From assembly GCA_907165135.1 (NCBI GenBank), contig OU015569.1, forward strand, positions 8,308,001 through 8,372,000: a stretch of DNA of 64,000 nucleotides. The letters run 5' to 3'. The translations under genes and the position numbers were made by a program. The notes beneath the pieces were generated by a model. It saw nothing but the letters and a program-made list of their open reading frames with translations. It did no database searches and was not told the origin of the DNA. This stretch comes from Oikopleura dioica (Eukaryota > Animalia > Chordata). Shown one piece after another: positions 1 through 11,898 of the stretch (position 1 is its first letter; each line of letters opens with the position of its first letter).

Positions 1-656
1 ATAGAGAGTGAACCCTTAAAAAAGCAAGAGAATCCATCACAGGCAGCATTTGATGAATTCGTAGCATTTCAAGCGAAAGTCTCCTTCAACGAACAACGGA
101 TGTACACTTCAAGAGCTTACACCATTGAACTCGCCAAGAACTGCAGTCGACTGGATTTCTTTGGTGAGTTAAGATTTTTATAAATAATGTAAGAATTTTC
201 TCAGATGGTGAAAAAATCCCTGCTTTGTCAGCAACCTGGTATTCCGCCCTGCGAGATTCATACGGACTTCCGAAAAATACGCGAGCTCTCAACTTGGATC
301 ATGTGGAGTATCGAGCTCCAAGAAATGATGACGAGGAACGTGCGATACAGAGATATTTTCAGATGTATGAAGATTTCAAGGTCCGGCCAAAGGTCCTCAC
401 TCCATACAGCTGGGAGTTCATCGAGGAGAAGTATCTCTACCACTGGGTCAATGGCTGCTCAAACCTTAGCTACAATGAGCTCAAGGAAGAAGATCATAAA
501 CTCCAGTATCAGATTCTCACAAAGCCTGAAGAAGTGCCAGAGGCAGGCCCCCCACTTCAGGTAAAATAAAAATTTATATTTTATCTAAAATTATCAATTT
601 AGGTTTACAAAATGCCCGACGAGGAAGAATCTCCCGACTTCGACGAGGTCCAGTAA
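1..656 (+). CDS. CENP-B/Tigger-type HTH protein, paralog 1 (5' part lies before the window; at least 3 exons)
   Basis: Spliced translation ...EPLKKQENPSQAAFDEFVAFQAKVSFNEQRMYTSRAYTIELAKNCSRLDFF|DGEKIPALSATWYSALRDSYGLPK...PPLQ|VYKMPDEEESPDFDEVQ*. The segment LSATWYSALRDSYGL resembles the HTH_Tnp_Tc5 motif FxASxGWLxxFKxRxGI. The exon structure is the same as the copy at 1738-2567. No DDE domain. Confidence 0.65.
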
Positions 657-1737
657 CTCAAAAAACGAATGACGGCTGCGATTGTTGTAGCGACAAGACT
701 CATACCTAGGGACTTTCACGGAAAAACGACTGCCCTTCGATTTTCGTAAAAATTTCCTTAAAAGTATGGATTTTTCAGCTGATTCTGATGATACCAAAAT
801 CTTTTTGATCGGATAATGCTGCGGAAGACAAACTCAAGACTACTCTTAAAGCTGACCGATTTTTCACCCGAGTTTTCTGGGTCACTTGCTTATTATTTTT
901 CGAAAATTTCTTTGCAAACATGAAGCTTAGGACTTCCGGGAACTTTTTTGTGTTAATCACCCGGTATTGTTTGCATCTGATTCCGTGTACTGGGTCAAAG
1001 CAAGCACCCACTGAGATTATGGCGCGCGTTAATGCTTTTCGGGCTCCCCGCGCAGCGTGCAAAGCACTAGCGCGCCGTCACTTTTACTTAGTTATCTGAT
1101 GATTGTGGCCGACTAGTAGAACCAAGTAAATTTATTTTTTGAGAGATTAAGAAAAAGGGTCTGATAGAAAACATATCGAAAAAAGAATGACGAGGCAAGA
1201 CGAGCTCTATACTTTTTCGATCTTTGAAAGATAAATTCGATGTTTTTCATAATATTCAATATTTTTTGCCAATTTTTCGATCATATTTGGAATCAGCAGG
1301 TAAGAAAACATGTTTTTTCTGAAAAATCAAGAAAAACGGATGGCTATTTCGGGTAGTTGGGAAAGCGAAAATTGGGCCCTCGCGCTCCCGTGATAGTCCC
1401 TACTCATACCATTGCCTCAGTATACTAAATAAGTGTTGCGCTTAAAATCTCCTTCATTTTAGTTTCCTTTCTAATATTATGATAAGCCGGAAGAATGAAA
1501 TATAATGATGTTTGTCTAATTATAAAACTATTGTTACACTTGCTAAGCTCATAATTAAGATTAAAGTCTTCCTTGTTTTCTATTTGAATTATTTTTCATA
1601 CTTATTATCAATTATCATCAAGCGCCTTCGAATATCCATATTTTCACGCTTGTAGCTCACTCCGTCTATTAAAACTGCTCTTTCAATTTAAAATCTAACC
1701 AAATGATTATTTTAGTCTGAAAACTCGAATCATCGAA

Positions 1738-2567
1738 ATGCCAAAACCCACCCTTACGGACGAGATGAAGAAAATCATCCGCGATAAGTACGACTCCACG
1801 GAACCAAAGATGAAAACAGCCGATCTTTGCGAGTGGGCGGAAAGGGAACTCGGCAAGCCGATCTCTGCTGCAGTTTGCAACAATATCAAAAAGACGTCGA
1901 AGCGAAATAAGGAAAGGGTTCATCTTAGAACTTTACTGTGGCTTTGTACAAATCAAGTTCATCTAAAGTGAACCCTTGAACAAGCTTGAGAATCCGAAAC
2001 GAGCCGCTTTCGAAAGCTTTGTCGCTTTTCAAGCCAAAGTTCTCTTCAATACTGCACGAAATCGCACATCGAGAGCATCCATTATTGAAATCGCTCAGTA
2101 TTGCAGGGAGCTCGAGTTCTTTGGTAATTCTAAGATTTCACTTGGTTTTTAAAAGTTTTTTTAGACAAGAAGAGTATTCCTGCGTTCACTCCATCCTGGT
2201 ATTCGAATCTCCGTGATTCATACGGTCTGCCGAAGAATACTCGGCCTCTTCAATACGCATGGAGGCCAATTGTTCGAACTGCTGCCGAGAGACGCGAAAG
2301 AGATAGACTAGACCAGATGCGTGCTGAATTCAGGGTCCGACCCAAAGTGCTCACTCCTTACAGCTGGAAATTCATCGACGACTGCTTTCTCTACAACTGG
2401 CTCAGCCGTAGCCACAAGGAACTCGATTATGACACTATCCCGGCTGACCGCCCTAAAATGCCCGTACTCCAGGTAATAAGCAATATCTTTTATTGACTAA
2501 AAACGATATTTAGGTCTACAAGATGCCCAACGAGGCAAAATCTCCCGACTTCGAAGAGATCCAGTAA
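1738..2567 (+). CDS. CENP-B/Tigger-type DNA-binding protein, paralog 2 (psq-like HTH + Tc5 HTH, no transposase core)
   Basis: Exons 1738-1916, 1969-2123, 2165-2472, 2514-2567: MPKPTLTDEMKKIIRDKY...LCEWAERELGKPISAAVCNNIKK...FTPSWYSNLRDSYGLPK...PDFEEIQ*. Collinear with the copy at 1-656. Confidence 0.7.
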
Positions 2568-2983
2568 TTCAAGCAACCAGTGGCGGCTGCAATTGTTGTA
2601 GCGACTCGACTCCTGCCATAGCCTTAGATTTACTAAATTGGTATATATGATTCTGTGAAGCGCCTTTTTAAATACTGCTAGAATGATATATAGATATGTT
2701 TGAATTGAATAAAAATATAAATCCAAAAAATTAAAAAAGACAATTCTTATTTATTTATTTTCAAAACAGCAGGTTGAGCAATGAATTAATGCGGTTTTAC
2801 TGAGCTATGAAAAGTAGTTCGAGTAGTTTCGCGGCGCTAACAATGGTCTGCATAATGCATTCTATTGGTATCAGTCAATAACACATACAAAAGTCGCACT
2901 TGAGGTCGGCATGTTTAACTTTCACAAATGATGCCTTCCATGAAAGTGTTTTATGATCTCAGTTCACTCGAGAATTTTTGAAG

Positions 2984-5899
2984 ATGAAACTAACCAGTTT
3001 GGTACTAACTGGTGGGGCTAGCAGCCATGCTGCTGTCTGTAATCCAGTTGTCGATATGCAAGATAATAATCGACAGTATGAAGGCTTATTTCTTCAAGGT
3101 AAGCAATAGCCAATAGGTAAAAAGCAGTTGAAGTAATATCAAAATAGGGGGAGTAAATGATTATGACAAGTGTGTCTACTTTATTGATAGAGCTGAAACG
3201 TGGGCAAATGCAGCGCAGGAAAGGCTTATTAGAGATGAAGAAGGCGACAAATTATGGGAGTTAAAAAAGCATAAATCTGTAAGCTTGAAAGTCATGCCAA
3301 AATATCGTTCCGATGCATGATGGTTGTAGCAACCCAGTCTACTGTCGAGGAATGCTCGCATCTATCCATTCTCAATCACAGGAACAAAAAATTGAACAAT
3401 CAAATTTGCGACAAGAAGAAACGTACTGGATTGGTCTTCGAAATCATTGTCTAAATTGCGAGTTTGACTGGGCAGATTTGTCACCAATCGATTATACCAA
3501 GTGCGTTCAGAATAGTCTTTTTTCGCCTACAGTATAAAACGTGTTCTTCAGCTGGGGTGATGGAGAGCCAAATAATGCTGGCGATGGAGAGGATTGTGTG
3601 ACCAAGGGTGATCACTGGAGTAGCTACACGTGGAACGACGATAACTGCTCCAAGCCTTACAGATTTATGTGTGAAGCCTACACCTCTGAAATTCATCCTG
3701 CTCCGGACCCATGGGAGTCCGCGAGCGGTGGATGCAAGACTGGCTGGACCAAGTTCGGGAACGGTTGTTTCAAATCGTTTGGAGGCAAACAAATGAACGG
3801 CGAGGACGCTCATTGGAAAAATCTCGCTGATGCTAAGGCCGCATGTGTTGCTGCCTGGCCAGGATCAACTCTTGCTGTTTTTCATAACCATTACTACCAA
3901 TACTTCGCTACTTCTCAGCTTCACGAGCTTGGAGTAACAACATGGATCGGAGCGGAGAAAACATCCAACCAAGATCACTATTTTCACTGGATGGATGGTA
4001 GCAAAATGAGCTTCACAAACTGGGCTCCTGGTGAACCAAACGGTAAACACTTTATTAACTATTATCGAATATATCTCAAACTCCGATAGGCGAACTGTCT
4101 GGTGAAAATGGCGTTGAAATGTATGCCAAAACAAATTACGAGTTTGGATCAAAAGCAGGATCTTGGAACGATATCTGGGTCGATCACCATAAAGGCATAG
4201 TATCATTTCAGTATTCTGATGTTGAAACTGATCGAGTCGTTCCTAGATTAAAATCATTCAAAAACAATTTGAGTTAGTTGTAATTTTTGATAACTAAATA
4301 AAGCTTACATGTGCAGTCACGTCGTCGACCCTATGGAATCAGGGACTGGCCCGAATCCACTTAATTGCCCTGATGGTTGGACACCTTATCGACACTTCTG
4401 CTATAAGTTGGAAGGAGCTCAAGAATCCGGTCATAAATCGTTTGATGATGCCAACGGTAGTTATTCGTTATAGACAAACAAAAACTATTTTCTTAGCTGA
4501 TTGTATGGCACAAGATAAACGTGCGAAATTAGCCTCGATCATTGATGATCACGAGTTCAACTTCATCAGGTCGATGTTTTATAAAACGCTCGATCTTAAC
4601 AAAGGAACTATCGTGAGGATTAAAGCATATCTTCTTAGCATGTTAAATCTACATTGAGAATACTCCTGGTCCATGGATTGGCCTTGAAATTCGACAGGAC
4701 AAAGATGGAGCAGTCAATGGAAAGTGGCTTGATGGCTTCTTGTACCAAGTGGATTATTGGGGAAGCAAGCAACCTGATGGAAATATCATCCCAAAAGATG
4801 GATCAAGAGCATGCGCCTTCATGGAAGTACCGACTGGTTTTTGGAAAATTGCCGATCAAGATTGCAAACAGGAACAGTTTCACATTTTACGGAGACAACA
4901 ATTATGTATTGGCGTGAAAGTTATTTTTAAAACTCTCAAAAAGAGATACCCATACGTTTGCAAATTAAACATTGAAGACCTCGACTTTAATCCAGATCAC
5001 TGGGAAGACAAAAGAGGAGAACCATTAGACTGCCCAACTGGCTGGACTGCCCTCGTTTCTGACGAGCATGTTTGTGTTCGTGCAGGAACTGACTCTTTCA
5101 ACTGGCAATATTTTTTAAATATATCTCCTTGTTATTTTTATTATAGGTTCGAAGCCGAAGGCAAGTGCTCGCATTGGCATTATGGAACTGGCCACTTGGT
5201 CTCTATTCACTCTGAAACCAAAAATACTGAAGTAAAAGCACTCTACCAATCTCTTTCGGACGTAAGTCTACACTCTACTAGTAGAAGGTCATCCATAATT
5301 ATAATTGGGCATTATAGAAAGATTTCTGGGTTGGGGCTAGGCGAAATCCAAACAACGCCTTTGTATGGACCGATAATACGGAGTTTCTGTATACAAAGTG
5401 GTCACAAGGCGAACCATCTGGAGAGTGGCAGGTAAAGATTTGTGTGAAATTTCTGCTTATTGAAATGGATAAGGGTGTTGCTGAAGATTGTGTCCACCTT
5501 CGTAATGATGGCTATTGGAACGATGCCTATTGCGCAGATGACTACATGGGATACGTTTGCCAGATTTCAAGAATGTACTCTAATTGCGTCAGTAAGTCAC
5601 TTAGTGTATTTTCGTAAAGTTAAAATTGATTAGGCACACCAGAAGCTGACAAAGAAATTTGCCCTGACGGACACGACGAGCGCTCTTGCAATCTTCTAAA
5701 ATGCTGTTGGGATCCAACAGCAAAGAAGAAATGTTACATGCCTGGGGTAAATCGAAAAAAAATTATCAATACCTATCTGAATTCATAGCTTGGAAAAAGC
5801 TCTGATGGAATGAGCCCTGGTGCAGCTGCAGGAATTGTGAGCGGGGTTTTTATCGCGCTCAACTTCGCTCTCTTTGCCTTTTTTACTTTGCGAAATTAG
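2984..5899 (+). CDS. Multi-C-type-lectin type I membrane receptor (mannose-receptor-like) with a juxtamembrane trefoil domain
   Basis: N-terminal MKLTSLVLTGG; at least 4 CTLD repeats (YWIGL, WGDGEPNN...EDCV...WNDDNC, WAPGEPN, WGSKQPDG, EDCVHLRNDGYWNDAYC); trefoil-like CV...EICPDGHDERSCNLLKCCWDPTAKKKCY; TM segment AAAGIVSGVFIALNFALFAFF. The exact stop is uncertain (5899 or about 5944). Confidence 0.85.
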
Positions 5900-6489
5900 A
5901 ACTTCTCATTTTTATACGCCTGCGACTGTGGAAGTATCCTTCTGAATAAATTCACTTTTGATAAGATGTTGAGCTGAAAAAATAATTTATTTTATAATTT
6001 CCTCAGTTCAGCAGATGTTGATCAACCCCTCCTCAACTAGGCTACAGTTTATTACTACAAGAGTGTTTCATTCAGGTTTCGTCCAGTTAGAGGGTCTTCA
6101 TCGTGTTTCGGATCCATTCTGTATGAGCTGCGACCTAAAGAATTTTCTTAGATGGGAAATTCAAATGAATTATTATGAACCATATTTATGCGGAAAGTCA
6201 AAGTGGCGGCCCGTTTCTAACCTCGATTAGCTGTTTTTACAATACGGTCATTATTATCGTTGTTGTTCCGAGGATTAAGATACTTTAGATAATTATTATA
6301 GATATGCTCCCCGATATCCTTGGCATGATGATTCAGAAGAACGCGAATCCGGGGAATCCCCGCTACATCTATCGGACTAGATAAAAATTGTTCAGAGCGT
6401 CAGGCGTGGGCTGTTTGATTAGTATAGACATGTTAAACACTGATTATCAAATCTTGATTATCTTTGCTTGAGTTTTTTCTCTTAAGTAC

Positions 6490-8549
6490 CTTGGAAAATA
6501 CTGACGGATTTCCAGCAGTGTCGCATTGAACACCCCAAGACATTACTCCAGAAACAACCGGTCGTCCGTAGCCATTGTCGCAAATCAAACCGCTTCCCGC
6601 ATCTCCGGGACATCGACCAGTCGAAGACTCGTCGTCAGTCTGCCAGTTTGGATTTCCAGCGCAGAATTCTTTCTCTCTAGATATTTTTACTCATAAATAC
6701 TTCTATACGACTTACGAATCGAAATCGCCATCAGCATAGGTAGATGTGAGGGTGCAGTGGTCAGCTGGATAAACGTTCACCGCGCTCTCGCGGAGAACGG
6801 CCGATGAATCGTCGTAATTATTGTTCCATCCGGGCACATGGCACATTTGCCCGGCGTATGCGTCTTTGTCGGGCAAACATGCAGTTTTGTAACAGTTCTG
6901 ACGATTACAGACCGCCGGTGCGCTCTCCTTTGATAAATCTTGTCTCAAATAACATTCAGTTGCGTACCTCTAGGCTTTCGACTTTCACGATGGCAAGATT
7001 GACACCGTTAAGAGCATCTGGGTGGGCTTCCCATCCTAACGCATTGACGTAAAATTCTCCCTTCTCGAATTTATTCTGGTTGTGGTCGCCGATTCGAATC
7101 TAAACAGGTATTATAGCTTGCTATTTTTTACGAGTTTCAGATAAATACCACAATCTTCTCGAAGTCGCCATAAAAACAGGAAGCAGAAGTCAGAATAGCA
7201 TCGTCACTGATAATAGTTCCAGCACAGCGATAACAATCACCTTCACCGGGGCAAAGGTTAATTCTCGCCATCCAGGGATAAGTGTTTCTCTTAGCTGTTA
7301 CTCCCATAAAACGCGATCTCGCGAAACCGAAGCCAGACTCGACGTCATTTGAACAACCTTCAGATAACTTTGATGGAATTCTCTCGGAGCCAGGTTCGAA
7401 TCCCCACGCAGGTGTAGGCGCAACTTCGAAACTCTTCTCTTTCTTTTCATTTGCAGCGGCTTCTTCTGCGCTAGCAATAACACTGTCGATCCAAGCAATT
7501 TGGGTGTTGACTGATGCGAAGACAGAAGGTTGACCTTCGTCGGAGCAGTCGACTCCCATGAACGAAGACCGTGTACAACAGCGGAATCTCCATCGATGCA
7601 GACCAAAGGACTGCCACCATCACCCTTTTTATAAATGGTTAAAATACCGATATATTAAATCACCTCGTTTATTTTTATCTTCATACCTGGCAGGCGATTT
7701 CATGTCCATCGACTAGCTTGTTACCATTACGATCTGGAATACCGGCACAGAACTGGCTTTTGTCTCCGATAGGAAACTCTCCAAAGGTATCCGTGAGTCT
7801 ACTGTTCGCTTCGCAGTATTTTCCGGGCATAATGTTCAAAGCGACATCACGTGGTTTGAGTGAGAGCTTGTCCTTTGCGAGATTTCCCCAGCCAGCGACC
7901 CAGCAGTGTCGTCCAGCTTTAGGAGCTGTCTCAGCAAGACAAGCGTGCTCGAAGCAGTCACGACACGCAGCCGGCTTCGCATCATTGAGCGAGGGCACTT
8001 GGAGAAGGCAGACGTCATTATGGATGCCGAGACCCACACCAAAGTCGTCAGGAACATAAAATGCCTTTGGCGAGACAGAAAATGACCACGGTTCATCGGA
8101 GTATAACAAACTCCTTCGACCAATATTGATAGAGAACTAATGATTTATTTTAATTTTTTATAATTAACAAAAAATGACTTTGGTATAATTTAGGTATACC
8201 TAAATACAACTTACGTTATACGATATATCACGAGTTAGATACTTAGTTAAATACTTACATCAGCTGGATTGCCAGTGGCACAACAATGTCCTGCAGTTAG
8301 GATCCACTCGTCGTCAATGATTGTTCCAGTGCACTTGAACTCACCATTTTCAGAAATGGGAGCGATCCAAGGCCATGCTTTCTCACTGGCGACGGTGCCA
8401 CCGAAAATATTTCCTCGCGCATCTCCAGCATATCGACGTTGTCGATGTCGTGTGCAGCTTTTTAGTCCACTTGGAAGTGAACTCTGTGCTGCTTCCCACC
8501 TCAGATTCTGAGCAGCTATAGACGAAAGCAGGGCCGTCCCGAGCTTCAT
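6490..8549 (-). CDS. Secreted two-domain trypsin-family serine protease homolog, catalytically inactive
   Basis: Signal peptide, then IFGG...WPW...CTGTIIDDEWILTAGHC...HNDVCLL...CWVAGWG...CQGDGGSPLVC. Second domain: RFMG...YPWMARI...CAGTIISDDAILTSASC...VNLAIVKV...CPGDAGSGLIC...GVMSWG. The last exon was not resolved, and there is an apparent 1-nt frameshift near 7555. Confidence 0.85.
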
Positions 8550-8975
8550 TTCTCTCTCTAACTATAACTCCACGAGTCCGAGGAAACTCTGAGCGCGCTG
8601 AGACCCGGCAGAGACTGATAGCAATCGCCGAGAAACGACGGCATTCGAAACGCTAACCAGCGCATACACCATTCCAAAAATTCTTGTGAACCACATTCAT
8701 GGTCAATTCAGAATTGACAATTTTATGATATGTGAGTTTATGTTGTCGTTGGTTACCACTTCTTATACAGAACATTGTTGCCTAGAAAATAAGACCTCTT
8801 GCGGTTAATAATAATTAGTAAACTAAAGTTTATGAAAAGATAGAACTGAATCAGCGCAATCATTCACAATTGCTCTTTCATCTATTGTGACGACGATTTA
8901 CGATTCAGTGGAGTAAGAGGGCCTCGGGGTCTCGCAAGAATAATTGAAGCTCATTTGCGCTGAGAGAAGAATAAA

Positions 8976-9878
8976 ATGAAGATACTGCTCTCATTTTTGA
9001 TATTCTTCGCGTCCAGTGCTGAAGGAAGACGAGGTGGCGGAGGAAGAGGAACCAGCGGATCGAAAGGTTCTTCGGGTTCAAAAGGATCGTCTAGTTCAAA
9101 AGGATCTTCCAGTTCAAGAGCTCCATCGGTATGTCCATTAAAATTTGCGAGTTCGATGGAGACAATCGTTTTAGAAAACAAGCAGTAATGGTTTCAAATA
9201 CACCCCTACAACATACAAGCCAAGTAAAATGTCATCAGGCTGGAGCAAAAATGCGAAAACCGCCGCAGCTGCTTATCTTGCATACAAAGCTCTAAAGAGA
9301 CCTCGTCATATTCTCTACACAGGGTCTGAGAATTGCTTGTTTTTTTTTATTCAAGTTCAATCATAGATACGGTTATGATGGCGACGATTTTGAGTGGAAC
9401 GATTCTTACGGCTACAATGGAGAAGTCTTCGGGGACACCGTCGAAGCATGTTTCACATGCGAGAGCATTAACAACAACAACCCTGTTTGCGAAAGAGCGG
9501 ATATACTTTCAGCAATAACGGACGTTCCGGTTGAGATATGTGGGCTTGGTAATGTTTGTGCCACAATTTTCGGACAACTTGAAAACAACGATTACATATT
9601 TCGCGTAAGATTTTTCGTATCTTAAAAGAATCGTCACTGGATTTTAGCGTCGATGTGTTCCGACACGAACATACACGGATTTGATGCAAGGATACTCTTC
9701 AAATTCTTGTGATCCTGATTATCCAAATGCCGACCTCTACTGCAACTTCTGCGACAATAACCTTTGTAATGGGTGGCGCATCACTCAACTTCCGGATGAA
9801 ACACTCGTTAGCTCCGGCGAGGTCGTCGCTCCTTCTTCACTCCTTCTCTTCGTCATACTGGCCCTCTTGAAGATTTAG
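8976..9878 (+). CDS. Secreted/GPI-type Ly6-uPAR (three-finger) protein with a Gly/Arg/Ser-rich N-terminus
   Basis: Signal peptide MKILLSFLIFFASSAEG; RRGGGGRG plus (G/S)SKGSS repeats; CFTCESINNNNPVC...EICGLGNVCATIFG...RRC...SC...LYCNFCDNNLCN (the Ly6 CCxxxxCN-type ending); hydrophobic C-terminus PSSLLLFVILALLKI*. Confidence 0.75.
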
Positions 9879-10537
9879 ACCAAATCATGTTCTGAACCAA
9901 AAATGTCCACTGAAAATCCAATAACAAACATGTTAGATGTTCACAGAAACTATTTTCTAATCAATTGCCTCTCTAATAAATCTAACTCATCCAAAAACAA
10001 CCCACAGGTCTTGTTTTGCTTCATCTACAAAAAAATAAGTTTATCAACAAAATCTTTATCTACGATAACGACAATTTATTCTATCGGTTTAGCGGTTGGG
10101 GTAGAGTTTTAGCGAGTGAATAAATTATTTAGGGTTAGGGTTACGGCTTGTATAAGTTTATCAAGCCTGTCTGAGAACTACTTATGTACACACTATTTGC
10201 GGTCTTCGTTGTTTTTATGCACTTGTATAAAAGTTTACGATGAGTATAATTTTTCTGGCTTATAGTCGTCAGAGGGTTCCGCGAGAAAAAGAGTTATGTT
10301 GCTAAAGCAGGTTGTCAGCTTGAAAGCGAAAACAAATGGGTTCTGTATTTAAAATTACATTTCCAATTAGAGATGATATTTGAAATTTTCTAGCGGATTT
10401 TAAGGATTTCTAACGTTTTTTGAAATGTGAAAAGGCATTTTTGTGAACTGCGGCTTTTCAACGGGAAAGAGAATGATCAGAAACTTCTCATAGGAACGTA
10501 TGAAAAACAATATTTGTCAAGATAGGTCTTGAAAGTC

Positions 10538-10948
10538 ATGCGCGGCGAAGCTAGAGAAAATGCTTTGGATCTATCTGCATCTGTCTCAGTGCTCAGACGA
10601 GGAAGCATATTCATCTTTAGCGAGGGTGAAGAGGTATGCAATAGCCAATTATCCTGACTTATTCTAAATCGCAAGGAAACTACTATCGAAATTGTGGATC
10701 GTAATTTGGGGAAAGTCAATCGTTTCGAGACGCTTATTCGTCACTCAACGGATTACGCTTCAGATCATGATGGTAAAAATTATGACTTTATTTTTAGCTA
10801 ATAAACATTGTTAGATTCTGACACGGAAGCGTACCTATCAGATACGTGCTCGGAGATCTCTAACTTCTCCTTCACTTCAAATGTCACGACAGGAATCGTT
10901 TTTGCAAAGACAAAAACAAATCCAGACAGAAATATAAAAAGACGGTGA
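10538..10948 (+). CDS. Hypothetical small spliced protein
   Basis: Three segments join in frame through GT-AG introns (MRGEARENALDL...EGEE|ETTIEIVDRNLGK...DHD|DSDTEAYLSDTCSE...KRR*). No recognisable domain; start uncertain. Confidence 0.35.
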
Positions 10949-11540
10949 TAATTAAAGCAAAAGTTCATAGACTTTTGAGTAAGTGGAACCGTCTATCACG
11001 TGAGAATCACGCTCGCATCGAGAATATTATAACAAGTATAATTAATTCAGACAAGGAGTCGAAATTTTTTATCTTCCAATTTTTGCCACAATTTTGTTTG
11101 CAAATTCAAAATTCTAAAATGATGATGAATAATGATATTATTATAATATTACTTATGTTCATTCATTAGGTATTATATGTGAGTCCTGTATGATATAGAT
11201 AGGGATAGAAATTCAACTGACATTACCCGAGGGATAAATCTATATTTTGATGATGTTTCGAATTGTGAAACGTTTGAAAAGCAAGCCAAAGACGTCGCGG
11301 AACTAACCGAAACCGGGCTCCTACTCAGCGGCCCCTGTCGATGGTGGCGGAGCACAACTTGACCGACTATGGAGTGTTTTAGTACGCGAATCTGCAAGCG
11401 AAAATAAATGCTATCGGTGAATGAGTAACATGAGTATAAATGTTCTTCTATTGATTCTGTATCGATCGCAGCGGGATATCGATAATATTTGATGAGCGCA
11501 TCCCTTTTTTCGCCATTTCAGATTTTTGTATTCTGCCGTG

Positions 11541-11550
11541 GTCACGTGAT
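11541..11550. promoter_or_regulatory. CLEAR-like E-box (GTCACGTGAT) upstream of cystinosin
   Basis: 9/10 match to the TFEB/MITF CLEAR palindrome GTCACGTGAC, about 350 nt upstream of the CTNS ATG at 11899. Confidence 0.45.
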
Positions 11551-11898
11551 ACTTGCGTGAGTCTCGAGCAGACCAGCTAAAGCTGAAAATTCTGAATTTT
11601 CAATAAAGAACAGCTACTTTCCATACGCGACGAAAGTAAAATCGAAACAAGGTGAAACGCGTGATTGAGTCTGATCCGTAGCACACTGCGCACTCGGCAG
11701 CCACCTCAGAGCAGCTCCCTCAAAAACAAAAGAAGTGAATTTGAAAAAGAAAACGATCGAGGAAACTACCCACAATCTAAGCAAAAAAAAACAAAATAGA
11801 ATTAAAAAAAGGAAGAAATTACTCAGATAAAAATAGAGAAGACGAGGGAGGAAAGATTACTCACAAAGACTGATACGTGATTGGAAAGAAGCCAGAGT

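Noticed and set aside
7393-7404. GGTTCGAATCCC, a tRNA T-loop/B-box look-alike
   Set aside because: It lies in the protease coding exon (WGFEPG on the minus strand), and no cloverleaf or A-box surrounds it.
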